Assembly (NCBI GenBank): GCA_963772835.1
Contig: CAVYYZ010000006.1
Coordinates: 48,782-112,781 of the forward strand
Length of the DNA: 64,000 nt
Source of the DNA: an uncultured delta proteobacterium
Lineage (GTDB): Bacteria > Desulfobacterota > Desulfuromonadia > Geobacterales > Pseudopelobacteraceae
Reading direction: 5' to 3'
Shown: one piece after another, positions 49,488 to 57,968 of the stretch
How the letters are laid out: every line of letters begins with the position of its first letter
How positions within the stretch are numbered: the first letter of the stretch is position 1
The notes under the pieces: model-generated
What the model was told of the DNA's origin: nothing
The model's input: only the letters and a program-made list of their open reading frames with translations
Databases searched by the model: none
Made by a program: the position numbers and the translations under genes

Positions 49488-51329
49488 ATGAAATATCTCA
49501 CAACCGATCCCGCATCTGAACCATCAGCCGTTTTATATTCCCGTTGTACGGTGGATCTGAAGAACGGCAGCATGCGCTTCGAAGATGTTCCCTGCCGGAA
49601 TCTGGAAGACGTACTGGGAGGATTCGGCCGTTCATTCCAGACGCTGGCCGAACGGCATATCAGCCACGCCTATTGCGACGAGAACCCGCTGATCGTCAAC
49701 ACCGGCCTTCTAACCGGCAGCAGCGCCATGACCGGCATGCGCACCTACTTTTCCGGCTACAGCCCGATCAAAGAATCAAAAAAAGGATTACCGGCAGCCA
49801 TGTGGTCAACCGGCAGCGGCAACTTCGGCGCCAAACTGAAATGGACCGGCCTTGATGAACTGATCTTCGAAGGGCGCTCCCCAAAACCGGTCTATGCGGT
49901 AATCAGGGAAACAGCGGAGGGGCCGGTGGTCGAACTGAAACCGGCTGATCATCTTGTCGGTCTCTCCACCCACGACAAGATCATGGCTCTGCAGAAAGAG
50001 TACAGCACTGCCCACTTCGCCGCGATCGGTCAGGGCGGAGAGCAGTGGGAGAACGTCTACATGGGAGCGGTAGGACTCTCAACCGACAACCAGCTCAAAT
50101 CGGGAGAGGACAAAATGCGTTTTGCCGGCAGAGGCGGCATGGGCAGTCTCATGGGGTACAAGAATCTCCTCGCCCTGGTAGCTCAAAGCCCCGACAAGAT
50201 CAAGCCGCTGTCACCCGAGATCAAGGCGGTCAACATCAACGTCGTCAAAGGGGGCGGCGCGGCGCGGCTGCAGCCGATCAGCCGCGGCGGTGGCGGCGGC
50301 ACCTGGGCGGCGTACGATGTGCTGCAGGCATTTCATGCCGTACCGGTGAACAATTTCCGGCCCCAGGGGAACGATCTGCCTGAGAAGCTGTTCCGGGAAC
50401 ATGTGGAAAAGCAATTCGTGATCAAATCGGAAGCCTGCTACCGCTGCGGAATAACCTGCCACAACAACATACACGAAAAGAAAGAGGACGGCAGCGCCGG
50501 CGCCTTTCTGGCCAAGTTCGACTACGAACCGCTCAACCTTCTCGGCACCAACGTAGGTATCCATGATGCGAGCCAGGCGGCCCGTTTGATCCATCTGTGT
50601 GACAACTACGGTATGGACTCCATTTCACTCGGAGTGACGGTCTCCTATGTGCTCTCCTACAACGGTAGGCATCCTGAACATCCGCTGCTGAACGGGGCGA
50701 CCTTCGGAGACTTTGCCCGGATAGAGGAGCTTATCACGCAGACCGGCCGGGGGAATCTGCCGGAGATCGGTCGCGGATCCAAACGTCTCTCCGAAAGCAC
50801 CGGGGAAACATCCTACGCCTACCACGTCAAGGGCCTCGAACTGCCTGCGTATCAACCCGAAACCAACCCGGGATATGCCTGGGCCATTGCCGGTGGTCAT
50901 ATGTCCATGGGAACGTACGGCCTTCTTACCCGCGAAGGGAAATCCGATCTGGACTCCTGGGTGCAGGGGATCACACAGACAAAACTGCAGATCGTCGGCT
51001 TCGACATGATCGGCCTCTGCAAGTTTTTTGACATAACCAAGGGGATCTGCACGCAGATGGTGGTGGACTGCCTCAAGAGCGAATTCGGCCTGGAAGTAAC
51101 GATTGAAGCACTATCCGCAGCCGTGCGCAGGGCGTTTCTTCGCGGCCTGGCCCTGGAGTTGCGGCAGGGGTATGAAAAGTCAGAATACACCCTGCCGGCT
51201 GAAGTGTGGGAGCGGCCGAACCCGAACATCAAGCTGCCGAACATTACCTCTCCTGAGTTTATCGCCGAACTGCAGAAAAGGGTATGGGAGGTCTTCGAAC
51301 CGGAGCTGGAGGGGCTGCTGCCCGTCTAA
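49488..51329 (+). CDS. aor: Aldehyde:ferredoxin oxidoreductase family (tungsto-bispterin enzyme)
   Basis: AGRGGMG, CYRCGITC, DYEP, DNYGMD, DMIGLC motifs; AAGGAG RBS before MKYLTT. Confidence 0.9.
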   Translation: MKYLTTDPASEPSAVLYSRCTVDLKNGSMRFEDVPCRNLEDVLGGFGRSFQTLAERHISHAYCDENPLIVNTGLLTGSSAMTGMRTYFSGYSPIKESKKGLPAAMWSTGSGNFGAKLKWTGLDELIFEGRSPKPVYAVIRETAEGPVVELKPADHLVGLSTHDKIMALQKEYSTAHFAAIGQGGEQWENVYMGAVGLSTDNQLKSGEDKMRFAGRGGMGSLMGYKNLLALVAQSPDKIKPLSPEIKAVNINVVKGGGAARLQPISRGGGGGTWAAYDVLQAFHAVPVNNFRPQGNDLPEKLFREHVEKQFVIKSEACYRCGITCHNNIHEKKEDGSAGAFLAKFDYEPLNLLGTNVGIHDASQAARLIHLCDNYGMDSISLGVTVSYVLSYNGRHPEHPLLNGATFGDFARIEELITQTGRGNLPEIGRGSKRLSESTGETSYAYHVKGLELPAYQPETNPGYAWAIAGGHMSMGTYGLLTREGKSDLDSWVQGITQTKLQIVGFDMIGLCKFFDITKGICTQMVVDCLKSEFGLEVTIEALSAAVRRAFLRGLALELRQGYEKSEYTLPAEVWERPNPNIKLPNITSPEFIAELQKRVWEVFEPELEGLLPV

Positions 51330-51460
51330 TCTACAGTGATACATACTGTAACGTTCTGGATTCACGGCACATATGAAAGGATGCTCTCGTTGCGACATGA
51401 ATTTCACTCGGGCTCAATACAAATCAGGAATGCAGCACATCACACAAAGGGAGGTTCAAG

Positions 51461-52705
51461 ATGAAACGAAAAACCGTATCAATTTTGTCAGCACTGTTGG
51501 TCTGTCTAACTTCAGCGGTCAGTTTTTCCGCTGAAACGATCAAGATCGGGGCACTGTATCCACAGTCGGGCAGAGGTGGGGTGTATGGACAGGATTCAGA
51601 GGCTGCCATAAACATTGCCCTTGAGGAAGTCCATGCCAAGGGTCTTCCGGGCAAGAGAAAGCTGCAGGTAATCGTCACCGATTCCCAGAGCAAACCCGCC
51701 TACGCCGTGACGGTCGCCAAGCGCTACATCACGGAAGACCATGTTAAATTCCTGTATGGTGTTGTTTCCTCTTCAGTGGCCCTTGCAGTGACAGAAGTCA
51801 GCAAGGAATACAAAACGATCTTTATCGGTACCGACCATGCCGCAACGAATACCACGGCAAATGCGTTCCAGAAATATTATTTCCGCGTGAGCAACAACAC
51901 CTTCCAGTCCATGGCCGCCGGTGCCCTGTACATGAAGGATGAGATGAAGGGCGTAAAGAAAATCGCCTTTATCGGCCCGGACTATGCGTACGGTCGCGAC
52001 CAGATTGCGGAGTTCAAGTACTCCCTCGACAAGCTGGGTGTGAAGTACGAAATGGTTGGCGAATTCTGGCCGAAACTGTATGAGCCGGACTATACCTCAT
52101 ACATCAATGCGATCATCAAGGCACAGCCGGATGTTCTGGTAGCCGGTTTCTGGGGCGGAGACACTGTCGCATTCATCAAACAGGCCAAGCCGTACGGACT
52201 CTTCGACAAGATGAAGTATTTCCATCCGGATGCAGGTGGAAATTATGAAGTTTTTGCCGCTCTTGGCGCAGATTGCCCGGAAGGGTTGATCATGTCCGCC
52301 AGACATCACAACAACTGGCCTGACACAAAAGAAAATAAAGCATTTGTTGCCAAATTCAGGAAAGCAACCGGCAGATACCCGTCATATGCAGCTGAAGGCG
52401 CCTATGCCGGAATTCACCTGATCGCCAACGCGATCAGAAAAGTAGGAAACGCCGATAATACGGAAGCGCTTATAAAGGCGATGGAAGGGATGAAATTACA
52501 TCTTCCTGAAGACCCGGCCGGTTTCACATCGTATATAGATCCGGCGACACATCAGATGGTTCAGGCGCAGGCGATCGGTGTCACGGTGAAGAATGAAAAC
52601 TTTCCGCCTGCCAAATACATGCTTGGCAACTTCAAAGTGTACCCTGCGGACAAACTGCTCCCCACTAAAGAGTACCTCGATATTCTGAACAAGAATAAAA
52701 AGTAG
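51461..52705 (+). CDS. HAAT/LivJ-type ABC substrate-binding protein
   Basis: Signal peptide, IKIGALYPQSG, GVVSSSVALAV, PDYAYG. Confidence 0.88.
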   Translation: MKRKTVSILSALLVCLTSAVSFSAETIKIGALYPQSGRGGVYGQDSEAAINIALEEVHAKGLPGKRKLQVIVTDSQSKPAYAVTVAKRYITEDHVKFLYGVVSSSVALAVTEVSKEYKTIFIGTDHAATNTTANAFQKYYFRVSNNTFQSMAAGALYMKDEMKGVKKIAFIGPDYAYGRDQIAEFKYSLDKLGVKYEMVGEFWPKLYEPDYTSYINAIIKAQPDVLVAGFWGGDTVAFIKQAKPYGLFDKMKYFHPDAGGNYEVFAALGADCPEGLIMSARHHNNWPDTKENKAFVAKFRKATGRYPSYAAEGAYAGIHLIANAIRKVGNADNTEALIKAMEGMKLHLPEDPAGFTSYIDPATHQMVQAQAIGVTVKNENFPPAKYMLGNFKVYPADKLLPTKEYLDILNKNKK

Positions 52706-52717
52706 CGGAGTTTCAGC

Positions 52718-53605
52718 ATGAGTTTTGAAATATTTATCTCCCAGTTTTTCGGCGGTCTGTCTGTAGCGATGCTCCTGTTTCTGGTGGCGAGCGGTCTGAC
52801 ACTGATTTTCGGTGTGGCCAAAGTGTTCAACTTTGCCCATGGCTCGTTTTACATGCTCGGAGCGTACTTCAGCTATCAGGCAATAACCATGTTCGACAAC
52901 TTCTGGATAGGTGCTGCAGCAGCAGCTATCGGAGCCGGTCTGGTCGGAATGGCGCTGGAAATATGCTTCATCAGAAGGATCAGCGGACGGGAAGAGGAGG
53001 GAGCCTTCCAGATACTCCTGACCTATGCTTTTATTCTGATTATTGATGATGCGGTGAAGTATATCTGGGGACCGGCCTACAAAACGATTTCGAAGCCGGA
53101 ATCTCTTACAGGAGCACTGCATTTTGGTACGGTATCAGTGCCTAAATACAGCCTGTTCATCATCCTGCTCGGGATGGTGATTGTGATAAGCGCCTGGTAT
53201 GTGCTCAGTCGGACAAGAATGGGCAAGATTATCCAGGCGGCATCAACAGACTCACAGATGGTAGGAGTGCTGGGAGTAAATGTTTCACTGGTCATGAGTA
53301 TCGTCTTTGGAGTAGCAACAGCAATGGGCGGCCTGGCTGGTGCCGTGGCCGCCCCACTCCGGACAATTGCGCCCGGCACCGGAGTGGAAATAATTATCGA
53401 CTCTCTGATCGTGGTGGTCATCGGTGGTCTGGGGAATTTCTGGGGGGCGCTGTTTGCAGCGCTCCTTATCGGTGAAGTCAATGCCTTCGGTATCCTTTGG
53501 ATGCCCCAGTGGGCTTCGCTGCTCAGTTTCGCGGTAATGATAGTGGTACTCATCTTTAAACCGAAAGGGCTGTTCTCCCGCGAGAAGGGGAGGAAGAAAA
53601 TATGA
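52718..53605 (+). CDS. HAAT ABC permease (LivH-like)
   Basis: GLTLIFGVAKVFNFAHGSFYMLG, VVVIGGLG. Confidence 0.9.
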   Translation: MSFEIFISQFFGGLSVAMLLFLVASGLTLIFGVAKVFNFAHGSFYMLGAYFSYQAITMFDNFWIGAAAAAIGAGLVGMALEICFIRRISGREEEGAFQILLTYAFILIIDDAVKYIWGPAYKTISKPESLTGALHFGTVSVPKYSLFIILLGMVIVISAWYVLSRTRMGKIIQAASTDSQMVGVLGVNVSLVMSIVFGVATAMGGLAGAVAAPLRTIAPGTGVEIIIDSLIVVVIGGLGNFWGALFAALLIGEVNAFGILWMPQWASLLSFAVMIVVLIFKPKGLFSREKGRKKI

Positions 53606-54558
53606 ACAAAAAACTTGAAACTATGGTGCCATGGCTGGCGTACTTTCTAATTTTCGGAGGCATGATATTTGTCAGCGGAGATCATGCTCTTCACATTGCG
53701 GCACAGATTGTTATTCTCGGGTTGTTTGCCCTTTCGTTCAACATCCTGTTCGGCACCACCGGGCTCCTCTCCTTCGGCCAGGCGATATTCTATGGTCTGG
53801 GCGCCTATGTCACCGGCATGATGGCCAAGAGCTTTGGCAGCGACTATTTCCTCTGGGCGCTGTTGATGGCACCGGTTGCGGCAATTATACTGTCCGTGCT
53901 GTTGGGGACATTGAGCCTGCGGCTGTCCGATGTATATTTTACCATGCTGACCCTGGCTTTTGCTCAGCTTGTCTGGGGAATTACCATAAAGTGGTATAAC
54001 TTTACCGGCGGAGACGACGGCATTCAGGCAATACCAAAACCTGAAATGTTGATGGGAATTCATAACTACTACATTTTTTCTCTCATCGTTGTGACACTCT
54101 GTATGTACCTCCTCTGGCGTCTGGACCGGTCACCTTTTGGAGCTGTTCTGAAAGGAATCAGGCAGAATCCGACCAGGATAAGCTTTACCGGAATGAATGT
54201 GTTTCGACACAAACTGCTGGCATATGTCATATCATCCTGCTTCACCGCCATTGCCGGCGGCCTGTATGCCGGCTTAGACAGAAGCATCCACCCGGATATG
54301 TTTGTCTGGACCATGTCCGGCAGTATAATTCTGATGACCATCCTGGGGGGGATGCGGAGCTTTTTCGGACCGCTCATCGGTGTAGCCGTATTTGTCCTCC
54401 TGGAAGATGTGATCGGTCGTTCCACACAGTACTGGTCTTTTGTGATAGGCGTTATCATGATAACCGTTGTGCTGTTGTTTCCGAAGGGTATTGTCGGCAT
54501 TTCACGGCATTTCGCGGCACTGTTTGCGAAAAAAGGGGGCCAGCTTGACAACCCTTGA
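53602..54558 (+). CDS. HAAT ABC permease (LivM-like)
   Basis: GLLSFGQ, YFTMLTLAFAQ, TGGDDG, ILGGM. Confidence 0.9.
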   Translation: MNKKLETMVPWLAYFLIFGGMIFVSGDHALHIAAQIVILGLFALSFNILFGTTGLLSFGQAIFYGLGAYVTGMMAKSFGSDYFLWALLMAPVAAIILSVLLGTLSLRLSDVYFTMLTLAFAQLVWGITIKWYNFTGGDDGIQAIPKPEMLMGIHNYYIFSLIVVTLCMYLLWRLDRSPFGAVLKGIRQNPTRISFTGMNVFRHKLLAYVISSCFTAIAGGLYAGLDRSIHPDMFVWTMSGSIILMTILGGMRSFFGPLIGVAVFVLLEDVIGRSTQYWSFVIGVIMITVVLLFPKGIVGISRHFAALFAKKGGQLDNP

Positions 54559-55297
54559 ACTCAGAAATGTGAATAAACATTTTGGTGGACTGCATGTCTC
54601 CAAAAACATCTCCATGAGTATCGAACAGGGAGAGCTCACCGCCATCATCGGGCCGAACGGAGCGGGGAAAACCACTCTGTTCAACGAGATTACCGGGTAT
54701 ATAACCCCTGACAACGGCGGTATTTTTTTCAATGGTACGGAGATAACCGGGGCCGAACCGGAAAGCCTTGTCAAGATGGGGATAGTGCGGGCCTTTCAGG
54801 TGGCAAGCCTTTTCATCGATGAAACTGTGTATGACAACCTCTATCTGGCTGCCCTTGCATACCATGGGAAAAACTGGAAGATCTTTGCCGACCGGCATGT
54901 GTATAAAGATGTGGAGCAACACTGCCGCTTCATTCTTGACCGCCTGGGGCTCAGCGGCAAGGAGAAGTTAAAGGCTTTTGAACTGTCGCACGGTGATCAG
55001 AAGGTTCTGGACATCGCCATTGCCCTGACCATGAAGCCTACATTGCTCCTGCTGGATGAACCGACCGCCGGTATGTCACCTGACGAACGGGTCAAAATGA
55101 CCCGGCTGATCAGGGCAATTCATGAAGAGTTCAAACTGACCACGGTCTTTGTTGAACATGACATGGACATGGTATTCGGGATTGCCGATATCATCCGTGT
55201 GCTGGTTCAGGGAGAGTTGATCGCCGAGGGGAACGCCGAGGAGATCCAGAAAAATCCGGCGGTTATAGATGCCTATCTTGGCCATGAGGTGCTCTGA
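54545..55297 (+). CDS. HAAT ABC ATPase (LivG-like)
   Basis: GPNGAGKT, LSHGD, LLDEPTAG, EHDM; probable TTG start. Confidence 0.9.
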   Translation: MTTLELRNVNKHFGGLHVSKNISMSIEQGELTAIIGPNGAGKTTLFNEITGYITPDNGGIFFNGTEITGAEPESLVKMGIVRAFQVASLFIDETVYDNLYLAALAYHGKNWKIFADRHVYKDVEQHCRFILDRLGLSGKEKLKAFELSHGDQKVLDIAIALTMKPTLLLLDEPTAGMSPDERVKMTRLIRAIHEEFKLTTVFVEHDMDMVFGIADIIRVLVQGELIAEGNAEEIQKNPAVIDAYLGHEVL

Positions 55298-55299
55298 TT

Positions 55300-56004
55300 A
55301 TGAATGAAACACTGCTTGTGCAAAATATCCATAGTTATTACGGAAAGAGCCATATTCTTTTCGGCGTCGATCTGTCGGTAAAAAAAGGAGAAACGTTCTG
55401 TCTCATGGGGAGAAACGGTGCCGGGAAAACCACCACCTTCAAGAGCATTATGATGCTGCTCCCCCCGAAGAGCGGTAAAGTCATTTTGAATGGCAAAGAG
55501 TTGGGCGGACTTAAGCCATATCATGCGTCACGTCTCGGTATCGGTCTTGTGCCGGAGGACCGGAGGATATTCGGTGATCTTTCGGTGAAAGACAATCTTC
55601 TGCTCGGGACCTCCAACGGGCGAAGCGGATACTGGAATATGGAGCAGATATACACCTATTTCCCGATCCTGCTTGATTACCAGGACAAGCCGGCCGGGAC
55701 CATGTCCGGCGGAGAACAGCAGATGCTTACCATCGCGCGTACCTTGATGGGCAACCCCGACATACTGCTGCTTGATGAACCTACCGAAGGCTTAAGTCCT
55801 GTGATGGTTAAAGTTCTGAAAGATCTGGTGCTGAAGCTCAAGGAATTGGGCACGACGATTCTGCTGTCTGAACAGAACATTAAATTCTGCATGGCGGTTG
55901 CCGACCGGGTTGTCATCATAGACAAGGGGCATATCGTCTATGAGGCTGATGTGGAAACCTTCCGGCTGGATGATGATATTAAAAAGAGATATCTTGCTGT
56001 TTGA
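55300..56004 (+). CDS. HAAT ABC ATPase (LivF-like)
   Basis: GRNGAGKT, MSGGEQQML, LDEPTEGL. Confidence 0.92.
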   Translation: MNETLLVQNIHSYYGKSHILFGVDLSVKKGETFCLMGRNGAGKTTTFKSIMMLLPPKSGKVILNGKELGGLKPYHASRLGIGLVPEDRRIFGDLSVKDNLLLGTSNGRSGYWNMEQIYTYFPILLDYQDKPAGTMSGGEQQMLTIARTLMGNPDILLLDEPTEGLSPVMVKVLKDLVLKLKELGTTILLSEQNIKFCMAVADRVVIIDKGHIVYEADVETFRLDDDIKKRYLAV

Positions 56005-56019
56005 TTAGGAGGAAAAACT

Positions 56020-57180
56020 ATGTGCGCTGCAATAAACTATTTCAAGACGACCGGGAAAATCATCACCGGAATAGGGTCCGTATCCACTCTTCCGCAGGAA
56101 ATTAAACTGCTCGGGGGCAAAAGAATATTTATCTTTACCGATGAGGGGATAGTCAGGGCCGGCATCTGTGAGCAGGTTCTGAGCATACTGGAAGGGGCCG
56201 TTGAATCGGTATCAGTGTTCGAAAAAGTGCCACCCGAACCGCCACTGGAAACTATCCACGAATGTCTGAAGCTGGCACGTGAAGCGGAGTGTGATCTGAT
56301 AATCGGACTGGGTGGCGGATCGGCTATGGATGTTGCCAAGATTATCTCGGTTCTCCTGACCAACGATAAATCGCTCGATCAGATGATCGGCGTCAACCTG
56401 GTGGATAAACGGGGGCTACCGAAGATTCTCATCCCCACCTCAGCCGGAACCGGGAGTGAAGTAACCCCGATTGTGATTCTGACTGATCAGGCGGAAAACC
56501 TGAAGAAAGGAGTTGTCTCCGATTTTCTTTTTCCGGAGACGGCTATTCTCGACCCCGAACTGACGATCTCTCTGCCGCCGGGGGCGACGGCCGCCAGCGG
56601 AATGGATGCCCTGATTCATGCTGTTGAGGCATACACGTCTGTGAATGCGACCCCAATGACCGATCATCTTGCCGAACGGGCCATTGAACTCGTTGCAGCC
56701 AATATCCGCAGCGCCTGGGCCAACGGCAGCAACCTTGAGGCCCGTATGAATATGCTGGAAGGAAGTCTGTTGGCGGGTCAGGCCTTTGCCAATGCCGGAG
56801 TAACGGCAGTGCACGCCTTTGCGTATCCGCTCGGTGGGGAGTTCCATGTACCGCACGGCGTATCAAATGCGGTAATGCTTTGCGCCGTACTGCGATTCAA
56901 TATGATTGCCAATCTGAAGAAATTTGCCGCTCTTGGTAGACTGCTCTGCCCGGACGTCACTTCGACGGACAGCAAAGTTGTGGCGGAAGCGGGGATACAC
57001 TTTCTGGAAGGATTGATTGTAGATCTGCAGCTGCCCAGAACATTGCAGGAGTTGCATGTCCCTCAGGACGCCATTCCCCGGATGGCGGAAGGGGTTATGA
57101 AGGTAACCCGGCTGTTGGCAAACAACCCCCGCAAGATCACCCTCGAAGATGCGAAGAAAATATATCAGATTGTGTATTGA
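56020..57180 (+). CDS. Iron-containing alcohol dehydrogenase
   Basis: GGGSAMD, PTSAGTGSE, DALIHAVE, HAFAY...HVPHG. Confidence 0.93.
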   Translation: MCAAINYFKTTGKIITGIGSVSTLPQEIKLLGGKRIFIFTDEGIVRAGICEQVLSILEGAVESVSVFEKVPPEPPLETIHECLKLAREAECDLIIGLGGGSAMDVAKIISVLLTNDKSLDQMIGVNLVDKRGLPKILIPTSAGTGSEVTPIVILTDQAENLKKGVVSDFLFPETAILDPELTISLPPGATAASGMDALIHAVEAYTSVNATPMTDHLAERAIELVAANIRSAWANGSNLEARMNMLEGSLLAGQAFANAGVTAVHAFAYPLGGEFHVPHGVSNAVMLCAVLRFNMIANLKKFAALGRLLCPDVTSTDSKVVAEAGIHFLEGLIVDLQLPRTLQELHVPQDAIPRMAEGVMKVTRLLANNPRKITLEDAKKIYQIVY

Positions 57181-57204
57181 CTCAGAGAGTCAGTGGAGGC
57201 AGCA

Positions 57205-57637
57205 ATGCAGAGTAAGGCGGATAAGCGCTGTGATTACAAGTACCTTCATGCTGTTACGACTCGCTGGATGGATAACGATATTTACGGGCATGTAAACAAT
57301 GTCATCTACTACAGCTGGTTCGATACGGCGGTGAACCAGTTTCTGATCGCACATAATGTGCTTGATATCGAACATAGCCCGGTGGTTGGTCTCGTTATTG
57401 AGACGCAATGCAACTACTTTGCTCCGGTCGCTTTTCCAGACCGGATAACCATTGGAGTGCGTGTGGCAAAGCTTGGAAATTCGAGTGTACGGTATGAGGT
57501 GGGTGTTTTCAGGGAGGACGAAGACGATGTCTGCAGCACAGGGGCACTTCGTTCATGTCTATGTCAGCCGTGATGAACGGAGACCGACCGCGATACCCGA
57601 TAACATGAGAGCACTTCTCCAGACTATCCTGGTGTAG
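57205..57637 (+). pseudogene. Acyl-CoA thioesterase with one +1 frameshift near 57525 (possibly a sequence error)
   Basis: RWMDNDIYGHVNN in one frame; the expected tail AAQGHFVHVYV...RPTAIP is in the next frame. Confidence 0.75.
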
Positions 57638-57736
57638 GAATCATGTGAAATTCGATCCCGATAGAACAGTCTGCAATTCACCGGCTCGGCACCCCGGAGT
57701 TATGTTGAGCCGGACAACTCAATGTGTCCCAAAATC

Positions 57737-57782
57737 TTGATACTAAATAAGCCCGGCAACTGCCGGGCTTATTTAGTATCAA
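57737..57782. terminator. Long perfect hairpin closing the AOR operon
   Basis: TTGATACTAAATAAGCCCGGCA-AC-TGCCGGGCTTATTTAGTATCAA (22-bp arms). Confidence 0.7.
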
Positions 57783-57968
57783 ACGTCTGGAATATAGCGT
57801 ATATACCAAAAAAGTGAGTGTGTACTCCAAGGCCGAGCAACTATTGAGCGTACTCGTTTATTATCTGATCCCGTCTCTTGCAATGATTCCGACAAATGGT
57901 CTTCAATGCCCCACCGTTTCCAGGCTGTAGACCCTTGCCAATAAATAAACCGTTCCGACGGAGGCACC

